In this document: positions 19,945-29,294 of the stretch, one piece after another
How positions within the stretch are numbered: position 1 is the stretch's first letter
How the letters are laid out: every line of letters starts with the position of its first letter
Source of the DNA: an uncultured bacterium
GTDB lineage: Bacteria; Krumholzibacteriota; Krumholzibacteriia; LZORAL124-64-63
Assembly (NCBI GenBank): GCA_963727525.1
Contig: CAVSGO010000006.1
Span: 288,001 to 352,000, forward strand
DNA: 64,000 nt
Reading direction: 5' to 3'
Made by a program: the position numbers and the translations under genes
The notes under the pieces: generated by a model
Database searches by the model: none
What the model saw: the letters and a program-made list of their open reading frames with translations, nothing else
What the model was told of the DNA's origin: nothing

Positions 19945-21063
19945 TCAGACCGCGTGGCCGGGGTCGTAAACCTCTATGGTGCCGTCAGTTCGGTCGACAA
20001 AGTAGCGGTAGATATCGGCCACGAAATCCTGGCACACCCGCAATTGCTGCGGGGCGATGCGGAAGGCGACCAGGCGCATCTGGTGATCCCAGATGAGTCG
20101 GCAGTTGTCCAGGGCACTGCAGAAGAACGACGCGACCACGGCCGGCAGCGTCGTGGCTTCCATAAGGTGGAACTCGAGCGGCTTGTCGATCGCGCCGAGC
20201 GCGATGTTCAAACCAGCGAGCACGGTGCCGAGGCGCAGCCGCTGCTCGCGCGGGTGAGGCAGGTACACCACCTCGCGTCCTGCGAACGAGCGTACGACCC
20301 CGGCCAGCAGATCCCGGTAGGTCTCCACCGTCACGTAGCCGTCCTCGATCAACGGTTGTCCCAGGAAGTAGCACCGGCCATTCGTGACGACCGTGCGCGA
20401 ACGCTCCCGCAAATGCTCGTACGTGTTGCGCAGCAACGTGTCTGGCGGCGGAAGGTCCACGTCGTAGGTGGAAAAGAACGTGAGCGCATCGGCCTCGCGG
20501 CCCTGCCACATCACGTGGCGCTTGACCAGGCGCCCCTTGGGCGAGACCGGAGCCACGTCAGGCTTGGGGCGGGCGCCTTGCTCATACCAGCGACAGCGCG
20601 CCGCGGCAATGCGCAGCGTGTCCGTCCCGTCGTCCACGACGATGCAGCGTCCGGGTTGCACCTGGGCGACGAGGTGCTGGAAGTACACCTGCAGGTAGTT
20701 GCCGATCACCAGCGTCGGTACGCCATGCCAGGGGCGGAAAGTCGCCTCGAAGCGGTTTCGCAGGAGCCACTGGCTCAGCATGCGGAAGCGCTCGTGACGC
20801 TGCCAGCGGTCGTTGTCGAGCGCCGGCAGCCCAACCTCGTTCCAGATATGACGGAAATCGAAGCAATGCACGCCAGCCCAATGGCTCGGGTCGACCAGGT
20901 CGAGGATCTCCCGCTTCGAGTTGTGCGTGGAGGTGAACACATAGAGAAACGGCGAGTCGAAGCCCAGTGAGTAGCGGGCCTCGATCGCATTGAGCATTTG
21001 CAGCGGCGTCTTCACGACCAGCAGGGCATCGTGAGCGCCAGGTGCGAAGGACGCTTGCGGCAT
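19945..21063 (-). CDS. Sialyl/nonulosonyl-transferase-like glycosyltransferase
   Basis: TPLQMLNAIEA N-terminus; D/E-D/E-G motif (VVDDGT), FLGQP, HP motif (YLPHPRE), SFFCSAL; divergent from the nonulosonate operon. Confidence 0.7.
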   Translation of the reverse strand: MPQASFAPGAHDALLVVKTPLQMLNAIEARYSLGFDSPFLYVFTSTHNSKREILDLVDPSHWAGVHCFDFRHIWNEVGLPALDNDRWQRHERFRMLSQWLLRNRFEATFRPWHGVPTLVIGNYLQVYFQHLVAQVQPGRCIVVDDGTDTLRIAAARCRWYEQGARPKPDVAPVSPKGRLVKRHVMWQGREADALTFFSTYDVDLPPPDTLLRNTYEHLRERSRTVVTNGRCYFLGQPLIEDGYVTVETYRDLLAGVVRSFAGREVVYLPHPREQRLRLGTVLAGLNIALGAIDKPLEFHLMEATTLPAVVASFFCSALDNCRLIWDHQMRLVAFRIAPQQLRVCQDFVADIYRYFVDRTDGTIEVYDPGHAV

Positions 21064-21065
21064 CT

Positions 21066-21107
21066 CTCTTGCTCTCACGTTCCTCTTGCTCTCACGTTGC
21101 TCTTGCT
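21066..21107. repeat. 17-bp tandem repeat (CTCTTGCTCTCACGTT plus one variable base), about 2.5 copies
   Basis: Units at 21066-21082 and 21083-21099, partial copy at 21100-21107. Confidence 0.8.
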
Positions 21108-21332
21108 GTCGCGCCACCTGATCACGGTGGACCAGGGGTCAGGCGGTCCCCTCGCAAGGGCTCGTCCCGGACACAACCATAGCAGATTGGATCGGTACGC
21201 AGAATCCCCGGAACACGATTATATTGGCGTCGCGCTGGTCCAGCAATACCCCGACGCGCGGTGGACGGACCGACCCGCGGTCGTTATCGTCATCGGCGCC
21301 ATGCTTTGAAGCGCTAACCTCAGCGAGCGATC

Positions 21333-22682
21333 ATGCCTTTTCTCCTCGTGGGTGACAACCGTTCCAACACGAACTGGGGCGGGAGATCGGCCAGCCTGGC
21401 CTTGTTTTCTTTAGTCCGTACCGAGCTGGGGACGGGCGAGAGCGTGACCGGTGGCGAGCTGGGCCGCTCCTCGGCGGACTACGGGTTTCGCACCCGCCTG
21501 TTGCCGCCGTCGAAGCTCTGGCTGGCGCGCGCTCTGACCACTCGTCCGACGCGCAATCCCCTGGTCACCGCCTGGAAGAGCGTCGATCGGGCCCTCGGAG
21601 CTGGGGATTTCCTTACGGACGATCCCGAGCGTTCCGTGCGGAATCTCCTGAACTGGCGCGCACGCGATCCCGGCCTGCAGTCGCTGCTCGACCGGGTGGA
21701 GCGGGCTGACGTGGTCGTGGTCAACGGCGAGGGCGACGTGGTCTTCGGGCGGCCGGTGCGCCGCCAGGTGCGGTTCTTCGCCATGATCATCCACCTCGCG
21801 CGCAAGCTCGGCAAGCGCGTGGTCTTCGCCAACGCCATGCTCTCCGACTGCCCGCGAACCGGGCGCCACCCCGGCGCCTTCGCGGCGATGACCTCGGCGC
21901 TGCGCCTGTGCGACGTGGTCTGCGTCCGCGATCCCCACTCGCGCCACCTGGCCCGCGAGGAGATGGGCATCGCCGACTGCCACCTGGTGCCCGACGCCCT
22001 CTTCCACTGGTACGACGTGCTGCACGAGGCGCGACGGCAGCTCCCGGCCAACGGCGATTTCGTGATCCCGCACCCCGAGAACGATCGCTACCTCGGCCGG
22101 CTCGACCTCTCCGGAGATTACATCTGTGTCGGCGGCAACTCCATCGTCACGCAGCCAGGGCAACTCGCGCCGGTGGCCGCGGGGTACCGACGGCTGTGCG
22201 AGGGACTCGCGGCGCTGGGGCTGCCGGTGATCGTGGTGGTCAGCGACGGCCGGGACACCTTCCTCGAGGACACTGCGTGCGATCTCGGGCTGGGCATCGT
22301 GCCCCTGCGCACGCCTATCTATCTCGCCGCCGCCATCGTGAGCCGGGCGCGACTTTTCGTGTCGGGTCGCTACCATCCCACAATCATGGCCTCGCTGGGC
22401 GGCACGCCGAGTATTTTCCTGGCCACGGGTGCGCACAAGATGCACAGTCTGGCCACGGTGCTCGACTACCCCGACGAGGAGATCTTTCCGGCCGATCTCT
22501 CCGCTGCCGATGTCTCGCGCGTCTGCAGCCTCGCTCGCGAACGTCTGGCTGCCGGCGACTCGCTGCGCACACGCGTGGAGGCGTCGGCGGCGCGGCGCGC
22601 GGCCGAAACGGACGTGCTCGGGCGACTGATCGCAGCCCGCGGGACGCGGACCCGTATGACCGTGGAGCCACGCCATGTCTGA
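21333..22682 (+). CDS. Polysaccharide pyruvyl transferase family protein (WcaK-like)
   Basis: NTNWGG, VVNGEG, VCVRDPHS, VPDALF, SGRYHPTIMASLGGTP. Confidence 0.8.
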   Translation: MPFLLVGDNRSNTNWGGRSASLALFSLVRTELGTGESVTGGELGRSSADYGFRTRLLPPSKLWLARALTTRPTRNPLVTAWKSVDRALGAGDFLTDDPERSVRNLLNWRARDPGLQSLLDRVERADVVVVNGEGDVVFGRPVRRQVRFFAMIIHLARKLGKRVVFANAMLSDCPRTGRHPGAFAAMTSALRLCDVVCVRDPHSRHLAREEMGIADCHLVPDALFHWYDVLHEARRQLPANGDFVIPHPENDRYLGRLDLSGDYICVGGNSIVTQPGQLAPVAAGYRRLCEGLAALGLPVIVVVSDGRDTFLEDTACDLGLGIVPLRTPIYLAAAIVSRARLFVSGRYHPTIMASLGGTPSIFLATGAHKMHSLATVLDYPDEEIFPADLSAADVSRVCSLARERLAAGDSLRTRVEASAARRAAETDVLGRLIAARGTRTRMTVEPRHV

Positions 22683-23838
22683 GTTCATCCCCCTGTCGGT
22701 TCCGGTGCTCCAGGGCAACGAGTGGGCCTATGTCCGCGAGTGCCTCGACACGGGCTGGGTCTCGTCGGCCGGCGGTTACGTGACGCGCTTCGAGAAGGAA
22801 CTCGCCGCCAAGGTGGGCACCGCCCACGGCGTGGCTTGCACGAGCGGCACGGGGGCGCTCCACGTGGCGCTGCAGATGGTCGGGGTGACGAAAGGCGACC
22901 TCGTGCTGGCGCCCACCATCACCTTCATCGCGCCCATCAACACGATTCGCTACCTCGGCGCCGACCCGTTATTCGTCGACTGCGACGCGTACTTCAATCT
23001 CGACCCGACCCTCGCCCGAGAGTATCTCGATACGCAGACCGAGCAGCGCGACGGCCACTGCTTCGACCGCCAGACCGGGCGGCGACTGGCGGCCCTCGTG
23101 TCGGTGGCTGTGTTCGGCAATGCGGGAGACTGGGTCGAGCTGTACGCCGATTGCCGCGCACGCGGTATCGCCATCGTCGAGGACGCCACCGAGGCCCTCG
23201 GCACGCGCTACACCGATGGCGCCTGGACGGGTCTGCACGCCGGCGCGGCGGGCGATCTCGGTTGCTTTTCCTTCAACGGCAATAAGATCATCACCACCGG
23301 CGGTGGCGGCATGATCGTCACCAACAGCGACCACTTCGCCGACCGGGCCCGCTACCTCACGCAGCAGGCCAAGGACGATCCCATCGCCTACCGCCATGAC
23401 TCGGTGGGGTACAACTACCGCATGACGAACGTGGCGGCGGCCATGGGCGTGGCGCAACTCGAGCAGCTCGAGACCTACCTGGAGCGCAAGCAGGCGAACC
23501 TCGCCCGGTATCGCGAGGGTCTCGCCGACCTCGGCTGGGCCGAGCTGGCCGCGCCACCCGGCTACGCGCGCAACAACCTGTGGATGATCCCGCTCGTCGT
23601 GCGGGGGGGCACCTGGCACGGCCGGGCGCGGGCCCTGGTCGACGTGCTCGCGGCCGAGCGCATCGAGACGCGGCCGCTATGGTGGGCGAACCACATGCAG
23701 AAGCCGTACCAGGACTGTCGCCTGCTCGGCGGGGAGCGGGCGTTCGATCTCGTGGCAAATACGATCAACCTGCCGTGCAGCGTCAACCTGACGCCGGCGG
23801 AGATCGACCGCGTTTGCGAGGTGCTGCACCGTGTCTAG
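22675..23838 (+). CDS. legC: LegC-family sugar aminotransferase
   Basis: ECLDTGWVSSAGGYV, EDATEALG, SFNGNKIITTGGGG, GYNYRMTN. Confidence 0.85.
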   Translation: MSEFIPLSVPVLQGNEWAYVRECLDTGWVSSAGGYVTRFEKELAAKVGTAHGVACTSGTGALHVALQMVGVTKGDLVLAPTITFIAPINTIRYLGADPLFVDCDAYFNLDPTLAREYLDTQTEQRDGHCFDRQTGRRLAALVSVAVFGNAGDWVELYADCRARGIAIVEDATEALGTRYTDGAWTGLHAGAAGDLGCFSFNGNKIITTGGGGMIVTNSDHFADRARYLTQQAKDDPIAYRHDSVGYNYRMTNVAAAMGVAQLEQLETYLERKQANLARYREGLADLGWAELAAPPGYARNNLWMIPLVVRGGTWHGRARALVDVLAAERIETRPLWWANHMQKPYQDCRLLGGERAFDLVANTINLPCSVNLTPAEIDRVCEVLHRV

Positions 23839-24484
23839 AACGATCGGTTCGCGGGTCATCGTCATCGGCGGGGGCGGGCATGCGCGGGTGCTGATGGGCA
23901 TCACTCGGCGCCTGGCCGGCCTCGAGGTGGTGGGCTACGCCGATCGCGACGACCGCGGCGTGCGCGACGGTGTGCCGTACCTGGGCGACGACGCGGCCGT
24001 TGCGCCTCGCTATGGCGATGGCGAGCTCTTGCTCGGCGTGGGCCTCATGACCGATGCCGCAGCGCGCTGGCGTCTCTACAGGCACCATCGCGAGGCCGGC
24101 GGCCGTTTCCTCACGCTCGTGTCGCCGCTAGCCCTGGTCGACGACACGGTGCATCTGGGCGCCGGCTGCGTGGTCATGGACCAGACCGCGGTCAACCCCG
24201 GCGCGCGTCTGGGCGAGATCTGCATCGTGAACACCGGTGCCGTGGTGGAGCACGATTGCCGCCTCGGCGACAACGTGCACGTGGCGCCCCACGCCACCCT
24301 CTGCGGCGACGTCACCGTGGGCAGCCACTGCCTCATCGGCGCCGGCGCCGTGCTGGTGCCGGGCGTTACCGTGGCTGCGTACACCATCATCGGCGCCGGC
24401 GCCGTGGTCGCGCGCGACATCGCCGAACCGGGCACCTACGTCGGCGTGCCGGCCACGCGGCGGGGCGAAGGGATGCCGGAATGA
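23831..24484 (+). CDS. NeuD/PglD-type sugar acetyltransferase (hexapeptide repeats)
   Basis: IGGGGHARV, NTGAVVEHDC, hexapeptide repeats, YVGVPA. Confidence 0.88.
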   Translation: MSRTIGSRVIVIGGGGHARVLMGITRRLAGLEVVGYADRDDRGVRDGVPYLGDDAAVAPRYGDGELLLGVGLMTDAAARWRLYRHHREAGGRFLTLVSPLALVDDTVHLGAGCVVMDQTAVNPGARLGEICIVNTGAVVEHDCRLGDNVHVAPHATLCGDVTVGSHCLIGAGAVLVPGVTVAAYTIIGAGAVVARDIAEPGTYVGVPATRRGEGMPE

Positions 24485-25485
24485 TCGAGATCATTGCCGA
24501 GATCGGGGTGAACCACGATGGTTCGCCGGCGAAGGCCCAGGAACTGGTGCGTACGGCCAGGCGCTGCGGCGCCGATACGGCCAAGTTCCAGACCTTCAAG
24601 GCAAGCAACCTCGTCACCGGCACGGCGACCACCGCCGAGTACCAGAAGAAACATCACGCCGGCGATCAGCTCAGCATGCTGCGGCGCCTGGAGCTGGAGC
24701 CCGACGATTTTCGCCTCCTCGTCTGCACCTGCCGTGACGAGGGCATCCGCTTCCTCTCCACGCCCTTCGACCTGGAGAGTCTCGACTTCCTGCTCGGACT
24801 GCCGGTGGATACCATCAAGATCGGCAGTGGCGAGCTGACCAACGCGCCCCTGCTTGCGGCCATCGGCCGTGGGGGCGTGCGCGTGATTCTGTCGACTGGC
24901 ATGGCCTGCCTCGGCGAGGTGGAGACGGCCCTCGACGTGTTGCGCGAGCATGGCGCGCGCGACATCGCTTTGCTGCACTGCGTCACCCAGTATCCCACGC
25001 CGGTCGACCAGGTGAATCTGCGCGCCATGGGCACGCTGCGGCAGGCCTTCGCCCTGCCCGTGGGCTACAGCGACCACACCCAGGGCAACGAGGTAGCCAT
25101 CGCTGCCGCCGCTCTGGGCGCCACCATTCTCGAGAAGCATCTCACTCTCGACCCCGCCGCGCCCGGCCCCGACCATGCGGCGTCCAGCTCGCCTGCCGAG
25201 TTCGCAGCGCTGGTGCGCGCCGTGCGCAACGTGGAGGCCTGCCTGGGCGACGGCGTGAAACGCCCGGCGCCGTGCGAGGTGGCCAACATGCCCATCGCGC
25301 GCAAGAGCCTCGTGGCCACGCGCGACCTCGCCGCGGGCGATGTGGTGCGTAGCGCCGACGTCACCGTCAAGCGACCGGGCGACGGCATTGCGCCCGAACA
25401 CGCCACGCACGTCGTGGGCCTTTGCCTGGCGCGTCCGGTGAAGCAGGACACCGTCCTGCTGTGGGACGATTTCCACCATGCCTAG
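24481..25485 (+). CDS. neuB: Nonulosonic acid synthase (NeuB/LegI-like)
   Basis: IIAEIGVNHDG, KFQTF, STPFD, KIGSGE, GYSDHT, EKHLTLD, C-terminal SAF domain (ARKSL, KRPG). Confidence 0.92.
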   Translation: MIEIIAEIGVNHDGSPAKAQELVRTARRCGADTAKFQTFKASNLVTGTATTAEYQKKHHAGDQLSMLRRLELEPDDFRLLVCTCRDEGIRFLSTPFDLESLDFLLGLPVDTIKIGSGELTNAPLLAAIGRGGVRVILSTGMACLGEVETALDVLREHGARDIALLHCVTQYPTPVDQVNLRAMGTLRQAFALPVGYSDHTQGNEVAIAAAALGATILEKHLTLDPAAPGPDHAASSSPAEFAALVRAVRNVEACLGDGVKRPAPCEVANMPIARKSLVATRDLAAGDVVRSADVTVKRPGDGIAPEHATHVVGLCLARPVKQDTVLLWDDFHHA

Positions 25486-26662
25486 GTCGATCGCCATCGC
25501 CACCACCACGCGCGCGGAGTACGGCATCCTCCGGTCGCTCTGCAGCGCCGTGGCGGACGATCCCGATCTCGAGCTGCGCCTCATCGTCTCGGGTACGCAC
25601 CTGAGCGAGGCGCACGGCTTCACCGTGCGGGAGATCGAAGCCGACGGCGTGCCCATCTGGTGCCGTGTGCCCATCCTTGCTCCCGGCGACGACGACGTGG
25701 CCGCCCTCACCACGATCGGCAACGCCGTGCTGGCCCTGGCGCCGCTCCTGTCCGCCGACCGGCCCGATCTCCTCGTGGTCCTGGGCGATCGCAGCGAGAC
25801 CATGGCCTTCGCCCTGGCCGCGCTGCTCCTGCGCATCCCGCTGGCGCATCTGCACGGCGGCGAGGTCACGGCCGGCGCCCTCGACGAGAGCATCCGCCAC
25901 GCCATGACCAAGCTCGCCACGTACCACTTCGTGGCCACCGAGGCTTACGCCGCCAACGTGCGCCAGCTCGGCGAGGATCCGGCACGGGTCTTCGTGGTGG
26001 GCGCGCCTGGACTCGACGGCGTCGCCGACATCGTAACCCTCGACAGCGACGAATTGCTCGGCCATCTGGGCCTCGATCCGACGCATCCCTTCGCGCTGGT
26101 GGCTCTGCATCCGGAAACCACGCAACCGCCGGCGGCGGCGGGCGCCCTGGCCGCCACCGTGACCGCCGCCGTCCTGGCCACCGATCTGCAGATCGTGTTC
26201 ACCGGCGCCAACGCCGATGCCGGTGCGGCCCTCATCAACGCCGCTTTCATCGACGCCGCCGGCCGCGAACCGGCGCGCTGCGTGTTCCGCGCCAGCCTGG
26301 GCCGGCAGCTCTTTTTCAGCGCCCTGCGCCACGCCGCCGTCATGGTGGGCAACTCGTCGGCGGGGATCATCGAGGCGCCGTCGTTCGGGATACCGGTGGT
26401 GAACGTGGGCGATCGGCAGACGGGCCGCGTCATGGCCGCGTGCATCGTCCCGGCCGCCGCCACCCGCGGTGATGTGAGTGCGGCGATCGCGCGGGCGCTC
26501 GATCCCGATTTTCGCGAGCGCTGCCGCGCCGTCGCCAATCCGTACGCGGGGCCGGGCGTGGGGGCCATAGGACACGCGATCAAGGAGAGACTCAAGTCGT
26601 TGCCCGTGGGCCCCGAGATCATCAGAAAGCAGTTCGTCAGCCGGAAGGGTTTCGATGCGTAA
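25478..26662 (+). CDS. neuC: Hydrolysing NDP-sugar 2-epimerase (NeuC/LegG-like)
   Basis: TTRAEYG, LGDR, HLHGGE, DESIRHAMTK, GNSSAGIIEAPS, GDRQTGR. Confidence 0.92.
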   Translation: MPRSIAIATTTRAEYGILRSLCSAVADDPDLELRLIVSGTHLSEAHGFTVREIEADGVPIWCRVPILAPGDDDVAALTTIGNAVLALAPLLSADRPDLLVVLGDRSETMAFALAALLLRIPLAHLHGGEVTAGALDESIRHAMTKLATYHFVATEAYAANVRQLGEDPARVFVVGAPGLDGVADIVTLDSDELLGHLGLDPTHPFALVALHPETTQPPAAAGALAATVTAAVLATDLQIVFTGANADAGAALINAAFIDAAGREPARCVFRASLGRQLFFSALRHAAVMVGNSSAGIIEAPSFGIPVVNVGDRQTGRVMAACIVPAAATRGDVSAAIARALDPDFRERCRAVANPYAGPGVGAIGHAIKERLKSLPVGPEIIRKQFVSRKGFDA

Positions 26663-27737
26663 ATACCCCGTCGAACGCTATCTCGCCGGGCCGGAGCTGC
26701 CGATTCGCGATGCGTTGCGCCAGATCGAGGAAAGCGAGCGGCGCACCCTTTTCGTCGTGGATGGCGAACGTCGGCTGTTCGGCGCGATCACCGATGGCGA
26801 CATCCGTCGCTGGCTCATCGGCCGCGGCGACATCGGCGCTCCCATCGGCGACGTGTGCAACCGGCATCCCATCAGCGTGGGGGCCGACTTCGACCGCGCC
26901 AACCTCGCCACGCGACTGGTGGAGCTGGGCGCGACCTGCGTGCCTCAGGTCGATGCGCAGAATCGCGTGGTGGGAGTGGTCTTCTGGGAAGATGTGGTGC
27001 TCGAATCCGAGGTCGAGTCGCAGGGGCGTCAGATCGACGTGCCCGTGGTCATCATGGCCGGCGGCCGCGGCACGCGCATGCAGCCGTTCACCCAGGTGCT
27101 GCCCAAGCCCCTCCTGCCCATCGGCGACAAGACCATCCTCGAGCTGATCATCGATCGCTTCGTGAAGCACGGCATCCGGCGCTTCTGGCTGACGATCAAC
27201 TACAAGGCCAACCTCTTGCGCGCCTACTTCCAGGACCTACCCCGCAGCTACGAGGTGGCGTTCGTGGAGGAGGAGATGCCGCTGGGCACGGCCGGCAGCC
27301 TCGCCCTCATTCAAGAGCAGCTGCCCGGCCCGTTCATCCTGACCAACTGCGACAACATCATCGAGGCCGACTTCGCCGACCTCATGGCTCAGCATGCGCA
27401 GCAGCGCAACGACGTCACCATGGTCGTGTCGCTGAAGAAGTACAAGATTCCCTACGGCGTGTGCGAGATCGAGTCGGGCGGGCAGCTCAAGGGCATCCGC
27501 GAGAAGCCGGAATTCGACCACCTCGTCAACACCGGCATGTACGTGCTGTCGCCCGCCGTGCTGGCGCACATTCCGGCCGGGCGCGTCTTCCACATGACGG
27601 ATCTGATCGTAGCCGTCCAGTCGGCCGGTGGCCGCGTGGGCGTGTACCCCATCGGCGAGGGTGCCTGGCTCGACACCGGCGAGTGGGCCGAATACAAGCG
27701 CACGCTGCAGCTCTTCGAGTCGCGGCTGAGCCAATGA
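26655..27737 (+). CDS. CBS-domain nucleotidyltransferase (PtmE/LgaG-like)
   Basis: CBS pair (GAITDGDIRR); MAGGRGTRMQP, PKPL, PLGTAGSL. Confidence 0.88.
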   Translation: MRKYPVERYLAGPELPIRDALRQIEESERRTLFVVDGERRLFGAITDGDIRRWLIGRGDIGAPIGDVCNRHPISVGADFDRANLATRLVELGATCVPQVDAQNRVVGVVFWEDVVLESEVESQGRQIDVPVVIMAGGRGTRMQPFTQVLPKPLLPIGDKTILELIIDRFVKHGIRRFWLTINYKANLLRAYFQDLPRSYEVAFVEEEMPLGTAGSLALIQEQLPGPFILTNCDNIIEADFADLMAQHAQQRNDVTMVVSLKKYKIPYGVCEIESGGQLKGIREKPEFDHLVNTGMYVLSPAVLAHIPAGRVFHMTDLIVAVQSAGGRVGVYPIGEGAWLDTGEWAEYKRTLQLFESRLSQ

Positions 27738-27750
27738 TCAGGAGACGACC

Positions 27751-28452
27751 ATGATCGACGGCAAGCCGGTCATCGCCATCGTGCCCGCCCGCGGCGGCAG
27801 CAAGGGCATACCGCGCAAGAACCTGCAACTGCTCGGAGGCCAGACGCTGCTCGAGCGCGCCATCGCCATCGGCCACGCCACATCGGCCGTCGACCGTATC
27901 ATCGTCTCCACCGACAATGCCGAGATCGCCGCCGTCGGCCGAGCCGCGGGCGCCGACATCCACGATCGCCCGGCCGCGCTGGCCACCGACGGGGCCAAGG
28001 TGATCGAGGCCCTGCGCCACCTCTGCGATACCATGCTGGACGGACGAGGCGCGGGCGACGCGTTGCTCGTACTCCTCGAGCCCACGTGCCCGTTGCGTGC
28101 GGTGGAGGACGTGACGGCCTGCATCGAGCGCCTCGCCGCGGGCGGCTGCGACAGCGTGGCCACATTCACCCAGGCGGCCACCAATCCCTGGCGTGCCTGG
28201 CACCTGGACGGCGACCAGCCGCGCTATTTCGTGGAGGGTGCCAACCCCTGGCTTCCGCGGCAGAAGCTACCGGCGGCCTACGAGCTGACGGGCGCCGTCT
28301 ACGCATTCTGGCGCGCGAACCTGCTCGATGTGCGCAACGAGGTGCTCTGCGGTGCGATTCGCGCCGTGCTGCTGCCGCCGGAGCGCTCGCTCGACATCGA
28401 CACGTTGATCGATCTGGATGTGGCCGAGGCGCTGCTGCGCCGCGGCCGCTGA
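27751..28452 (+). CDS. neuA: Acylneuraminate cytidylyltransferase (NeuA/LegF-like)
   Basis: IVPARGGSKGIPRKN, VSTD, PTCPLR, RQKLP, SLDIDT. Confidence 0.92.
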   Translation: MIDGKPVIAIVPARGGSKGIPRKNLQLLGGQTLLERAIAIGHATSAVDRIIVSTDNAEIAAVGRAAGADIHDRPAALATDGAKVIEALRHLCDTMLDGRGAGDALLVLLEPTCPLRAVEDVTACIERLAAGGCDSVATFTQAATNPWRAWHLDGDQPRYFVEGANPWLPRQKLPAAYELTGAVYAFWRANLLDVRNEVLCGAIRAVLLPPERSLDIDTLIDLDVAEALLRRGR

Positions 28453-28476
28453 ACCTCAACCGTCGAGGATGTGACC

Positions 28477-29292
28477 ATGAACAAGCCGATGGCAGACAAG
28501 ACGATCCACGAACTGCTCGACCTCACGGGCCGCACCGCGGTGGTCACCGGCGGCGCCGGCTTCCTGGGTACGGCCATGAGCAGCACCTTCGCCGAGCTTG
28601 GCGCCAACGTGGTGATCGCCAGCCGCGACCTCGAGAAGTGCAAGACGCGCTGCAAGGAGATCAAGGACCGCGTGGGCGGACCCGGTCGCCTCCTACCCCT
28701 GCACCTCGACCTGCTCGACAGGGCGTCGATCGACAACCTCGTGGCCGCGGTGGTGAAGGAGTTCGGCGGCATCGACATCCTGGTGAACAACGCCTGGTCG
28801 GGCAACAAGAACTCGTGGGAGTCGATCGACGACAAGGACTGGAACTACGACATCGACATGTCCCTCAACTCCGTGTTCCGCATCGTGAAGTCGGCATTCG
28901 AGACACTGAAGGACCGCCGCGGCGTGGTGCTCAACATCACCTCGATGTACGGCCACATCGGCCCAGATTACAGGATGTACGACGGCAAGCAGTTCGCCAA
29001 CCCACCCAGCTACGGTGCGGCCAAGGCCGGCGTGCTGCAGTTCACGCGCTACCTCGCCAGCTTCCTGTCGCCTCACGGCATCCGTGTGAACGCGCTCAGC
29101 CCGGGCGCTTTTCCGCACCCGCCCACGCGCGAGCACACGGCCTTCATGGAGCGACTGAGCGAGCACAACCCGATGAACCGCCTCGGCGACCCGCACGAGC
29201 TGAAGGGCGCCGTCGCCCTGCTTTGCTCGGACGCCGGCAGCTACATGACCGGCCAGAACGTGTGCGTCGACGGCGGCTGGACGATTTGGTAG
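28477..29292 (+). CDS. SDR oxidoreductase, PtmA-like
   Basis: [18 protein letters not shown]...[14 protein letters not shown]. Confidence 0.85.
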   Translation: MNKPMADKTIHELLDLTGRTAVVTGGAGFLGTAMSSTFAELGANVVIASRDLEKCKTRCKEIKDRVGGPGRLLPLHLDLLDRASIDNLVAAVVKEFGGIDILVNNAWSGNKNSWESIDDKDWNYDIDMSLNSVFRIVKSAFETLKDRRGVVLNITSMYGHIGPDYRMYDGKQFANPPSYGAAKAGVLQFTRYLASFLSPHGIRVNALSPGAFPHPPTREHTAFMERLSEHNPMNRLGDPHELKGAVALLCSDAGSYMTGQNVCVDGGWTIW

Positions 29293-29294
29293 CC

